Notes under the pieces: generated by a model | What the model saw: the letters and a program-made list of their open reading frames with translations, nothing else | Database searches by the model: none | Told to the model about the DNA's origin: nothing | Translations under genes and position numbers: made by a program | In this document: positions 28,094 through 37,042 of the stretch, one piece after another | How the letters are laid out: each line of letters starts with the position of its first letter | How positions within the stretch are numbered: position 1 is the stretch's first letter | NCBI GenBank assembly: GCA_964608345.1 | Contig: CAZSNG010000006.1 | Span: 1,317 to 65,316 of the forward strand | Direction: 5' to 3' | DNA: 64,000 nucleotides | Source: an uncultured Thermotogae bacterium | Lineage (GTDB): Bacteria; Bipolaricaulota; Bipolaricaulia; UBA7950; UBA9294

Positions 28094-29826
28094 CCGCAAA
28101 GCATGCGATCGATCCCTTCACCGTCGAAGTCATCAAGCGGGCCTTGATCTCTGCCGCCGAACAGATGTTCGTCGCTCTCGGCCGCACTGCCAAGAGCTCA
28201 GTCATCTACGAGGTGCTCGACTACGGATGCGCGATTACAGACGCCGCCGGCCGGATGATCGCCCAGGCGAACGGGATCCCGGCCTTCATCGGTGTGCTGA
28301 GCGATGCGGTGCTCGACGTGATCGAGAAGTTCGGCCTCGACGGCCTCGAAGAGGGCGACATCATCATCACCAACGATCCGTACATGGGTGGAGCGACGCA
28401 CCAGAACGACGCCGTGCTGATCCTTCCGATCTTCTACCAAGGCAAGCCGGTGATGTTCTCGGCGAGCAAGGCGCATTGGAACGACATCGGAGGCAAGGAT
28501 CCCGGAAGCTGGTCGCCGAACGCGACCGATATCTATCAGGAAGGGCTCCAGTTCCCGGTGGTCAAGATCTTCAATGCCGGCGTGGAGAACCGCGACATCG
28601 TCGACATCCTCTCCCGCAACGGACGGATCCCGGAGATGACGCTCGGCGACATGCGAGCCCAGGCCGCCTCCCTGCGCGTCGCGGCGAAACGGGCTCAGCA
28701 GATCTGCGACAAGTACGGGCTCGACACGGTCCTAGAGTCGGTTGAGGTCTATCTCAAGCAGGGGCGGCAAGAAGCGCTGGCCGAACTGAAGAAGTTCCCG
28801 AAGGGTGAGTACACCGCCGAGGAGCACATCGACGACGACGGACTCGGCGGCGACCCAGTATTGGTGAAGGTCAAGGTGACGATCAGCGAAGACGAGTTCG
28901 TCATCGACTACACTGGAACCGGCGGGACCTGCCGCGGGCCGATCAACAGCCCTCTCTCGGTGCTGATGTCGACGGCCAAGTTCGCCTTCCAGTCGGTCCT
29001 CGCCCCGCACGCCGACCCGAACGAGGGATTCTTCTCGCCGCTGAGGGTGATCGTCCCCGAGGACACGGTGTTCAACCCAAAGCGGCCGGCGCCGGTCAGC
29101 ACCTACTGGGAGTCGGACGCCTACGCAGGCGACGTGGTCTGGCGAGCGCTCGCCGACGCGATCCCGGACCGGATCACGGCCGGACACTTCCTGAGTGTCT
29201 GCGGCACGATCGTCAGCGGGATCGATGACGAGTCCGGCGAGTGGTTCTTCTCGGTCGAACCGAACGCCGGTGGCTGGGGTGCCGGACGCGGCAAATCGGG
29301 CGAGAGCGGCCTGGTCTGCTCGGGCGACGGGGAGACCTACATCCTGTCGATCGAAGTGGCCGAGACTCGCTACCCGATGATCGTCGATCAGTTCTCACTC
29401 AACATCGCCGACGGCGGACACGGGGAATGGCCCGGCGGCCACGGCCTGATCAAAGACTACCGGATCACCAATTCGCAGGCCCTGGTCACCGCGAGCTTCG
29501 GACGGAGCACGTTCCCGCCTTGGGGGCTGGCTGGTGGACAGGACGGGACCCCGAACGACGTCGAGATCCGAAAGGTCGATGGGAGCGTCGAGCGACGAGG
29601 TCGCTTCTCGAGCGAAGTGCTCGGGGACGGCGACATCGTCCGGTTCATCACCGGCACCGGCGGAGGCTACGGCGATCCGCGCGAACGGGATCCGAAACTC
29701 GTCCTCAGCGACGTACTGGACGGCTACGTCTCGGTCGAGGCAGCCCGCGACGTCTACGGCGTCGTCCTCGAAGGCGACCCGCTCCGGGTTGACGACGACA
29801 AGACCACGGCGGCCAGGGGAGGATAG
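28090..29826 (+). CDS. Hydantoinase/5-oxoprolinase B subunit (HyuB-like)
   Basis: IITNDPYMGGATHQND, KAHWNDIGG, DIYQEG, GGWGA, TGTGGGYGDP; ATGA overlap with the A subunit. Confidence 0.95.
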   Translation: MTAKHAIDPFTVEVIKRALISAAEQMFVALGRTAKSSVIYEVLDYGCAITDAAGRMIAQANGIPAFIGVLSDAVLDVIEKFGLDGLEEGDIIITNDPYMGGATHQNDAVLILPIFYQGKPVMFSASKAHWNDIGGKDPGSWSPNATDIYQEGLQFPVVKIFNAGVENRDIVDILSRNGRIPEMTLGDMRAQAASLRVAAKRAQQICDKYGLDTVLESVEVYLKQGRQEALAELKKFPKGEYTAEEHIDDDGLGGDPVLVKVKVTISEDEFVIDYTGTGGTCRGPINSPLSVLMSTAKFAFQSVLAPHADPNEGFFSPLRVIVPEDTVFNPKRPAPVSTYWESDAYAGDVVWRALADAIPDRITAGHFLSVCGTIVSGIDDESGEWFFSVEPNAGGWGAGRGKSGESGLVCSGDGETYILSIEVAETRYPMIVDQFSLNIADGGHGEWPGGHGLIKDYRITNSQALVTASFGRSTFPPWGLAGGQDGTPNDVEIRKVDGSVERRGRFSSEVLGDGDIVRFITGTGGGYGDPRERDPKLVLSDVLDGYVSVEAARDVYGVVLEGDPLRVDDDKTTAARGG

Positions 29827-29833
29827 CGCGACG

Positions 29834-30352
29834 ATGGAACTCCACGAGGCGATCCGCGGCAGACGGAGTGTGCGACGGTTCCTGCAGGAGCCGATTGAAC
29901 GACCGATTCTCGACCGGCTCATCGAGGCGGCGATGTGGGCTCCGTCCGGCGGGAATGCGCAAACGTGGCGTTTCGTCGTGGTCACCGAGCCGGAGAGGAT
30001 CGCAAAGCTTCGGACGGTGAGTCCGGGCCTGCTTGGCGATCCCCCCGTGGTGATTGCTGTCTGTCAGGATCTTGCCGAAGCCAGGGCCAAGGGGAGTACG
30101 CTCGGAGAGACGTTCCTCGCCCCGCTCGACTCGGCGATGGCGACGCAGAACCTTCTTCTGGCGGCACACGCCGAGGGGCTTGGTACGTGCGTGATCGCGT
30201 CGTTCCACAAGCGAGCGGTCGGCCGTCTGCTCGAGCTCCCGGATCGGGTCGAGGTGGTGCTGCTCGTCTCCGTCGGACGACCGGCCGAGTCACCGAACCC
30301 GCCGTCGCGAAGGACCGAGGGGATCGTCCATTATGAGGCGTTCCATGGATAG
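29834..30352 (+). CDS. Nitroreductase-fold flavoprotein, AlbA-like (cyclodipeptide oxidase subunit A)
   Basis: RRSVRRF, WAPSGGNAQTW, LRTVSPGLLGDP.VIAVCQD (resembles recalled AlbA LRAFSPGVLGTP..VVACVD), AMATQNLLLAAHAEGLGTC; followed by an AlbB-like gene. Confidence 0.85.
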   Translation: MELHEAIRGRRSVRRFLQEPIERPILDRLIEAAMWAPSGGNAQTWRFVVVTEPERIAKLRTVSPGLLGDPPVVIAVCQDLAEARAKGSTLGETFLAPLDSAMATQNLLLAAHAEGLGTCVIASFHKRAVGRLLELPDRVEVVLLVSVGRPAESPNPPSRRTEGIVHYEAFHG

Positions 30353-30671
30353 AGGTTCGCTTGAGCGCAAGGTCTTTGATCTGATCGGCTACATGGCGAC
30401 CAGCGGGCGGAACCTGATCGACGAGACGCCGCTCTACGGTCCGTTTCGTTTGGTCGACGCGGCGAGTCGACTGATCGAGATTCTCGAAGGTGAAGGCATC
30501 GGAAGCTCCCGCCTCTCCACGCTGCGCGAGCGAATCGATGCAGGGAAGTACTCCGTGATGGTCGACGCGGAGGAATACAAGGACTACCTCGATGGCGTCG
30601 TCGACGCGGTCGTCGACCACATGGACAGTGACACGAGCAAAGGAGGTGAAGCTTCGCCCACAGGCACGTGA
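30345..30671 (+). CDS. DUF6092 / AlbB-like protein (cyclodipeptide oxidase subunit B)
   Basis: YMATSGRNLIDETPLYGPFRLVDAASRL...RLSTLRERID aligns by memory with AlbB YLLSSGRGLLEEPADYGIYRCTDGARRA...RLTAVRERLD; 8-nt overlap with the upstream gene. Confidence 0.8.
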   Translation: MDRGSLERKVFDLIGYMATSGRNLIDETPLYGPFRLVDAASRLIEILEGEGIGSSRLSTLRERIDAGKYSVMVDAEEYKDYLDGVVDAVVDHMDSDTSKGGEASPTGT

Positions 30672-30715
30672 AGAAGGGAGGGAACGACAGCACAAGCGCA
30701 CGGGAGGTGCAGGAA

Positions 30716-32287
30716 GTGAAGAGAATACTGATTGTTGCACTGGCAGCAGTGATGGCATTTGGCGTGATCGGACTTGCGGATGGCGCCCTTCGGGTGACGT
30801 TCGCCTGGCCGACGCACATCGATCCGGCGGTCGGATCGGACTTCTCCAGTTCGTCGGCGTTCGTCAACCTGTACGATACGCTCGTCTATCCGACGTCGAG
30901 CGGCGATCCGGTTTCGCACGTCGCCACGAGCTGGGACGTCACCGAGGACTCGCTCCAATGGACGTTCCACCTTCGCGACGACGTCTACTTCCACGACGGC
31001 ACGAAGCTGACGGCGAACGACGTGAAGTACTCGATGGACCGCCTAACGACGATCGGTGAGGGCTACGGCTTCCTGTTTATCGGCCGCATTGCCAGCACCG
31101 AAGTCATCGACGAAACCACGGTCCGGTTCAACCTAGCGGCCCCATTCGGCCCGTTCCTCTCAACCCTCTATCGTCTGTACATCGTCAACATGGCCCTGGT
31201 CGAGGCGAACACGGTCACGCCGGGTGCTTACGGTGACTTCGGTGATTACGGGAAGACGTTCCTCGTCGACAACGACGCCGGGAGCGGACCGTATATCGTC
31301 GAGGAGTTCCGCGTCGAGGAAGAGCTGGTGATGACCAAGAACTCAAGCTACTGGCTCGACATCGACGCCGATGCGCCGGACGAGGTTCGCTTCATCGGCA
31401 CGACCGAGACGGCCACCGTCCGAACGATGATGGCCCGCGGAGAACTGGAGATCTCCGACCAGTGGCAGACGAGCGAGGCGATTCAGGCACTCGACGCGAT
31501 GGACGGGATCGACATCGCCGCGTTCTCGCCGGGGACGATCTTCTACATGATGATCAACATGAAGATCGCGCCGACCGACGACATCCACTTCCGCAAGGCG
31601 ATGGCCTACGCGACCGACTACGACACCGTCATCACCCACATCTTCCCCGACACGTACCAGGCCCGCGGTCCGGTCCCGCAGAACATCCCGGGCGCCGATC
31701 CAACGGTCTTCCAGTATTCGCTCGATTTGGACAAGGCGCGCGAGGAGCTGGCGTTGTCGAAGTATGATCCGGCCGACTACGAAGTCGAACTCCACTGGAT
31801 CGCCGAAGTGCCGGACGAGGAGAAGGTGGCGCTGATGTTCTTGGCGAACATGGCCGAGATCGGGATCAACGTCAAGGTCGTGAAGGTGCCGTGGATGTCG
31901 GTCGTCGAGGAGATGGGCGCGCTCGAGACGAGCCCGCACATCGTGACGATCTTCGACTCCTCGCACTACCCGGAGGCCGGTTCGCTGATCGAATCCCGCT
32001 ACCATTCCAGCTCCGCCCCCACGTGGGAGCAGAACGAGTGGCTGCTCGACGAGGCACTTGATGCGATGATCGAATCCGCGATCAACACGGTCGATCAGGC
32101 AGAGCGGTTCGCGAGGTACGCCGGATTGCAGCACATGATCACGGCCCTTTGCCCGACGATCTTCCTGTTCGAGCAAGTGGAGAAGCACGCCTATCTGGCG
32201 GACAAGATCGATTGGCCGACCGCTCGCGGCGAGGTCAATCCGGTCATGGGCTACAACATGGCGGCTCGCTTCATCAAGATCAAGTAG
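30716..32287 (+). CDS. Peptide ABC transporter substrate-binding protein (family 5, DppA/OppA-like)
   Basis: Sec signal peptide, NLYDTLV, FHLRDDVYFHDGTKLTANDVKYS, GSGPY, FRKAMAYA; GGAGGT RBS before GTG. Confidence 0.95.
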   Translation: MKRILIVALAAVMAFGVIGLADGALRVTFAWPTHIDPAVGSDFSSSSAFVNLYDTLVYPTSSGDPVSHVATSWDVTEDSLQWTFHLRDDVYFHDGTKLTANDVKYSMDRLTTIGEGYGFLFIGRIASTEVIDETTVRFNLAAPFGPFLSTLYRLYIVNMALVEANTVTPGAYGDFGDYGKTFLVDNDAGSGPYIVEEFRVEEELVMTKNSSYWLDIDADAPDEVRFIGTTETATVRTMMARGELEISDQWQTSEAIQALDAMDGIDIAAFSPGTIFYMMINMKIAPTDDIHFRKAMAYATDYDTVITHIFPDTYQARGPVPQNIPGADPTVFQYSLDLDKAREELALSKYDPADYEVELHWIAEVPDEEKVALMFLANMAEIGINVKVVKVPWMSVVEEMGALETSPHIVTIFDSSHYPEAGSLIESRYHSSSAPTWEQNEWLLDEALDAMIESAINTVDQAERFARYAGLQHMITALCPTIFLFEQVEKHAYLADKIDWPTARGEVNPVMGYNMAARFIKIK

Positions 32288-32307
32288 CGGCAGACCGCAG
32301 GACTGAC

Positions 32308-32336
32308 GGGCGGGCGGGCCGCGAGCCCGCTCGCCC
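32308..32336 (+). other. GC-rich intergenic hairpin after the substrate-binding protein gene (mRNA stabiliser/attenuator)
   Basis: GGGCGGGCGGGC-CGCGA-GCCCGCTCGCCC, 12-bp stem with one G-U, no U tract. Confidence 0.6.
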
Positions 32337-32365
32337 ACTGATCATCGAAACGAGGGCAGACGCTC

Positions 32366-33394
32366 ATGAGCATTGTCAGGTTCCTTGTCAAGCGCCTGGT
32401 CTTCTCCGTCTTCGTCCTCCTCGGCTTGTCGATTCTCATCTTCACGATCTCCCGCGTTCTTCCGGGAGATCCGGTGCGAATGGCCTTGGGATCGCGAGCA
32501 CCGGAGTGGGCCGTGGAGAACATGCGGCGGGAGATGCATCTCGACGAGCCGCTCTACAAACAGTACGCCTTCTGGCTCTCCGGGGCCGTGCGCGGCGATC
32601 TGGGAACCTCGCTGGTGACCCGTCGTGCGGTGAGCACCGACGTGAGAGAATTCCTTCCCGCAACGCTCGAGCTGGCGTTGTTCGCGGCGGTGATCATGGC
32701 CGTCTTCGGCATCCTGTTCGGGGCGATCGCGGGACGGTTCCGGAATACGTGGGTCGACAACGTGATCCGCGTCTTCTCCTACATCGGAGTCGTCACCCCG
32801 TCGTTCGTCTTCGCGATCCTGTTCGTGCTCCTGTTTGGCTACCTGTTGAGGATCCTGCCGACGATCGGGCGTCTGAGCCCGTGGATCTCGCGACCGCCGA
32901 CAGTGACCGGGCTGATGACGATCGACTCGCTGATCGCGGGGGACTTCGCCGCATTTGGAGACGCATTTCAGCACATGATCCTCCCCGCGCTCAGTCTGTC
33001 GCTCGGTTCGCTGGCACAGCAGGCACGGATCGCGCGTTCTTCGATCAGTGACAATCTCGGTAAGGACTACATTCTCTCGGCCAAGGGGTTCGGGATCCCG
33101 GGGCGCGTAGTGATGTTCAAGTACCTGTTGAAGCCATCCCTGATCCCGACCGTGTCGATCATGGGACTCGATTTCGCCGGGATCGTTGCCAACGCCTTCC
33201 TGGTCGAGTTGATCTTCAATTGGCCGGGTTTTTCCCGTTATGGGATCAACGCGATGCTCAACAAGGACCTCAACGCCATCGCCGCCGTCGTGATGGTCCT
33301 CGGCCTGATCTTCATCACCGTCAACATCATCGTCGACTTGGTCGTGGCGTGGCTCGACCCGCGAATCCGGCTCGGCGCGGAAAGGGGGAAGTAG
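32366..33394 (+). CDS. Peptide ABC permease, DppB-like
   Basis: LPGDPV, LDEPLYKQY, GDLGTS, PATLEL, TPSF, EAA-like ARIARSS...YILSAKGFG. Confidence 0.95.
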   Translation: MSIVRFLVKRLVFSVFVLLGLSILIFTISRVLPGDPVRMALGSRAPEWAVENMRREMHLDEPLYKQYAFWLSGAVRGDLGTSLVTRRAVSTDVREFLPATLELALFAAVIMAVFGILFGAIAGRFRNTWVDNVIRVFSYIGVVTPSFVFAILFVLLFGYLLRILPTIGRLSPWISRPPTVTGLMTIDSLIAGDFAAFGDAFQHMILPALSLSLGSLAQQARIARSSISDNLGKDYILSAKGFGIPGRVVMFKYLLKPSLIPTVSIMGLDFAGIVANAFLVELIFNWPGFSRYGINAMLNKDLNAIAAVVMVLGLIFITVNIIVDLVVAWLDPRIRLGAERGK

Positions 33395-33395
33395 G

Positions 33396-34283
33396 ATGCC
33401 TGAAGGACCTAAGTACAGCGGGCTCCAGCGCCGGTGGGAGGCGCTCCGGAAGGGATGGTACAAGTTCTCCCGCAATCCGGTCTCCGTCATCGGACTCGTG
33501 TTCGTCTTCGGCGTCGCCTTCCTCGCGATCTTCGCATCCTATGTCGCACCTTATCCCACTCACGCCGGGAGGTTTGTCGACTTCGCTACGGGATCGCAGC
33601 CCCCGAGCCTTCAGCACATCTTCGGAACCGACGTCTTCGGGCGTGACATCCTGTCGCGCGTCTTCTTCGGGTTCCGCTATTCGCTGATGATGGGCGCTGT
33701 CGTCCTCTCGCTGGTCGTGATCCCTGGAGTGGTCCTAGGACTGATCGCGGGATACTACCGCGGCACGTGGATCGACACGGTGATCATGCGGATCACCGAT
33801 GTCTTCATTGCAGTCCCGGCCTTGATCCTGGCGCTTGCCGTATGCTCGGTTCTGACGCCGAACATCTTCAACGCGATGATGGCCGTCTCCTTGATGTGGT
33901 GGCCGTGGTACACGCGGCTCGTCTACGGTCTCGCGTCGTCGCTGCGGAACGAGTTCTTCGTCCAGTCGGCAGAGGTGACCGGAGCGAGCCGACGTCACAT
34001 TCTGTTCCGCGAGCTCCTCCCGAACTGCGTCTCGAGCATCTTCACCAAGATGAGCCTCGACATGGGCTGGGTCATCCTCATCGGATCCGCGCTGAGCTTC
34101 GTGGGTTTGGGAGCGCAGCCGCCGATCCCCGATCTTGGGACGATGGTTGCGGATGGTGCGAAGTACGTTCCGGATCAGTGGTGGATCGCGATCTTCCCCG
34201 CCTTTGCGATCATGATCGTCGTGCTCGGTTTCAACCTGCTCGGCGACGGATTCCGTGACCTGTTCGCGCTCGAGGAGATCTAA
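33396..34283 (+). CDS. Peptide ABC permease, DppC-like
   Basis: HIFGTDVFGRDILSR, LSFVGLGAQPP, WWIAIFP, GFNLLGDG. Confidence 0.95.
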   Translation: MPEGPKYSGLQRRWEALRKGWYKFSRNPVSVIGLVFVFGVAFLAIFASYVAPYPTHAGRFVDFATGSQPPSLQHIFGTDVFGRDILSRVFFGFRYSLMMGAVVLSLVVIPGVVLGLIAGYYRGTWIDTVIMRITDVFIAVPALILALAVCSVLTPNIFNAMMAVSLMWWPWYTRLVYGLASSLRNEFFVQSAEVTGASRRHILFRELLPNCVSSIFTKMSLDMGWVILIGSALSFVGLGAQPPIPDLGTMVADGAKYVPDQWWIAIFPAFAIMIVVLGFNLLGDGFRDLFALEEI

Positions 34284-34284
34284 C

Positions 34285-35274
34285 ATGACCGAACACGTGC
34301 TCCAAATCAGCGATCTCCACGTCGAGTTCAAGGTCTACGAGGGTCGGCTCAAGGTCCTCAACGGCGTTGACATGGACGTCGAGCCCGGGGCCCGCGTTGG
34401 CCTTGTCGGGGAGGCCGGCTGCGGCAAGACGACGACGATGCGCTGCGTGCTCGGGATTCTGCAATCCCCGCCGGGGAGGATCACCGACGGGACGATCCTG
34501 TTCCACGGTCGGGACATCCTCAAGATGTCGCAGGCGAATCTGCAGCGGATCCGCGGCGGCGGAGTCTCGATGATCTTCCAGGATCCGGTCGCGGCGCTGA
34601 ATCCCGTCTTCACCGTGGGCGACCAATTGACGTCCGTCATTCGCTACGCCGCGTCGAAGAAGATGGACAAGAAAGAGATCCGGCGGCGTGCGGTCAAGGC
34701 CCTCGCCGACGTCCAGCTTCCCGATCCGGATCGGATGTACACCAGCTACCCGGTGCAGCTGTCGGGGGGGATGAGGCAGCGGGTCTGCATCGCGATGGCC
34801 CTGGCGACCGAGCCGGAGTTGATGATCGCCGACGAGCCGACCACCGCCCTCGACGTGACGATCCAGGCGCAAGTGCTTCGGCTGCTCAGCGAGCTCGTCG
34901 AGGAGCGATCGACCTCGGTCATCTTCATCACTCACAGCCTCGGCGTCGTCAAGGAGATGGCCGACTGGGTCTACGTGATGTACGCGGGGAACATCGTCGA
35001 GGGGGCGAAGAAGGAGATTCTGTTCGAGAAGCCGCTCCACCCCTACACGCTCGGCCTGATGGGCGCGCTCCCGAAGCTGACCGGCGGCGGAATCGCCGAG
35101 GGGATCCAGGGTCGGATTCCGGACTACCTCAATCCGCCGGCCGGATGTCGATTCAATCCCCGGTGTTCCCGGGTGATGGGGAAATGCGGAGGCGAGCGGC
35201 CGGGATTCCTCGAAGTCGAGCCCGATCACCGCGTTGCCTGCTACCTCTACGGGGAGGGTGACGATGTCGAGTGA
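34285..35274 (+). CDS. Peptide ABC ATPase, DppD-like
   Basis: GEAGCGKTT, LSGGMRQR, IADEPTTALD, HPYT, GCRFNPRC. Confidence 0.95.
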   Translation: MTEHVLQISDLHVEFKVYEGRLKVLNGVDMDVEPGARVGLVGEAGCGKTTTMRCVLGILQSPPGRITDGTILFHGRDILKMSQANLQRIRGGGVSMIFQDPVAALNPVFTVGDQLTSVIRYAASKKMDKKEIRRRAVKALADVQLPDPDRMYTSYPVQLSGGMRQRVCIAMALATEPELMIADEPTTALDVTIQAQVLRLLSELVEERSTSVIFITHSLGVVKEMADWVYVMYAGNIVEGAKKEILFEKPLHPYTLGLMGALPKLTGGGIAEGIQGRIPDYLNPPAGCRFNPRCSRVMGKCGGERPGFLEVEPDHRVACYLYGEGDDVE

Positions 35275-36259
35275 TCTGCTGATCGTCGAGAACCTGAAGA
35301 AGCACTTCGTGACGTCACGCGGCACCGTCCGTGCGGTCGACGATGTGTCGTTCACCGCAGTGGAAGGTGAGACCCTCGGTATCGTCGGTGAATCGGGCTC
35401 CGGGAAGAGCACGATCGCTTACACGATCATCGGCCTTCACGCGCCGACCGACGGGAAGATCACGTTCGACGGCAAGGACATGTCGACCGGGGTCAGCAAG
35501 CGGCCGCGATCGCTGAAGCGTTCGATGCAGATCGTCTTCCAGGATCCGGGGACGTCGCTCAATCCGCGTCGGACGATCGAGCAGATCCTCGCGCTCCCGC
35601 TCCAAGTGCACGGGATTGGTACGCGCCGGGATCGTCGAACCAGGATCAGCGAGCTGCTCAAGCGGGTCGAGCTGCCGACCGACTACTTGTTCAAGTCGCC
35701 GCACATGCTCGGCGGCGGGGAGCGGCAGATGGTCGCGATCGCCCGTGCACTCGCGACGGACCCGCAATTGGTGATCCTCGATGAGCCGACATCGGCTCTC
35801 GACGTGTCGATTCAGGCGAAGATCATCAACATGCTCTGCCGTTTCCAGGATGACATGAATCTGACCTACCTGTTCATCACTCACGATCTGAGCCTGATGC
35901 GGAACGTGGCGTCGCGGGTAGCGATCATGTATCTCGGCAAGGTCTACGAGCTGGCGCCGACCGACGAGTTCTTCGAGCGGCCGCTCCAGCCGTACACGAA
36001 GATGCTCTTGTCCTCGATTCCGGTCGTCCTGCCCGAAGAAGAGGCCATCAAACCGTCGCGCATTGTTCCCGAGGGCGAGATCCCGAGTCCGGTCAACGTG
36101 CCGCCCGGGTGCGGTTTCCACACCCGCTGTCCCGAGATGGGCGAGGACTGCGACGCGGACGAACCGCGGCTGGTCGAAGTCAAGGAAGGACACTTCGTTC
36201 GGTGTCACAAGTGTGCCGAGCCGATTGTGGCGGAGACCGCCGACGCAGGAAAGGAGTAG
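35264..36259 (+). CDS. Peptide ABC ATPase, DppF-like
   Basis: GESGSGKST, signature variant LGGGERQ, LDEPTSALD, GCGFHTRC. Confidence 0.95.
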   Translation: MSSDLLIVENLKKHFVTSRGTVRAVDDVSFTAVEGETLGIVGESGSGKSTIAYTIIGLHAPTDGKITFDGKDMSTGVSKRPRSLKRSMQIVFQDPGTSLNPRRTIEQILALPLQVHGIGTRRDRRTRISELLKRVELPTDYLFKSPHMLGGGERQMVAIARALATDPQLVILDEPTSALDVSIQAKIINMLCRFQDDMNLTYLFITHDLSLMRNVASRVAIMYLGKVYELAPTDEFFERPLQPYTKMLLSSIPVVLPEEEAIKPSRIVPEGEIPSPVNVPPGCGFHTRCPEMGEDCDADEPRLVEVKEGHFVRCHKCAEPIVAETADAGKE

Positions 36260-36262
36260 ACG

Positions 36263-37042
36263 ATGAGGAAGATTCTCTGGATCGATCCGGTCGGGACCAA
36301 TCTTTTCGACGAGCCGATCAAGGCGTTCCTCGACACCGCGAAGGATGGCGACACGCAGCTTGACATCTGCTCGCTCGAGCGCGGGCCGATGCATCTCGAG
36401 TACCACTACTACGAGGCGCTCATCCTTGCCGACACGTTGCACGTGGTGAAGAAGGCCGAGAACGACGGCTACGACGCGGCTGTAATCGGCTGTTTCTACG
36501 ATCCGGGACTCCACGAAGCGCGCGAGATCTGCGACCGGATGGTCGTCACCGCACCGGCCGAGTCGGCGATGCACATCGCCACCACGCTCGGCCATTCCTT
36601 CTCGATTCTCGTCGGGCGCAAGAAGTGGATTCCCAAGATGCACCAGAACGTCGTCAAGTACGGGTTCGAAGGCCAACTAGCCTCGTTCAAGTCGCTTGAG
36701 ATGGGCGTCTACGACTTCCAGAAGGACCCGGCCGAGACCGAGCGACGGATGACGGACGCTTCGCGCGAAGCAGTGGAGGAGGACGGCGCCGAGTCGATCG
36801 TCCTCGGATGCACGATCGAATTCGGCTTCTACGAGAAGCTGCAGAGGGAGATCGGCGTCCCAGTCATCGATGCGACGATCGCCCCGCTCAAGTATGCCGA
36901 GTTCCTGGTCGGCCTCCGCGATCGATTCTCGTGGGGGCACAGCAAGGTCTACGGCTACGAGTCGCCGCCTGGCTCGGAGATCGTCGACTGGAAGCTTGCA
37001 TCGCAGTACGACATCGAAGGGCTATGGGGGACGACGGAATGA
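36263..37042 (+). CDS. Asp/Glu/hydantoin racemase family (hydantoin-racemase-like)
   Basis: DAAVIGCFYDPGL, SIVLGCT, GVPVID: both catalytic Cys motifs present. Confidence 0.9.
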   Translation: MRKILWIDPVGTNLFDEPIKAFLDTAKDGDTQLDICSLERGPMHLEYHYYEALILADTLHVVKKAENDGYDAAVIGCFYDPGLHEAREICDRMVVTAPAESAMHIATTLGHSFSILVGRKKWIPKMHQNVVKYGFEGQLASFKSLEMGVYDFQKDPAETERRMTDASREAVEEDGAESIVLGCTIEFGFYEKLQREIGVPVIDATIAPLKYAEFLVGLRDRFSWGHSKVYGYESPPGSEIVDWKLASQYDIEGLWGTTE

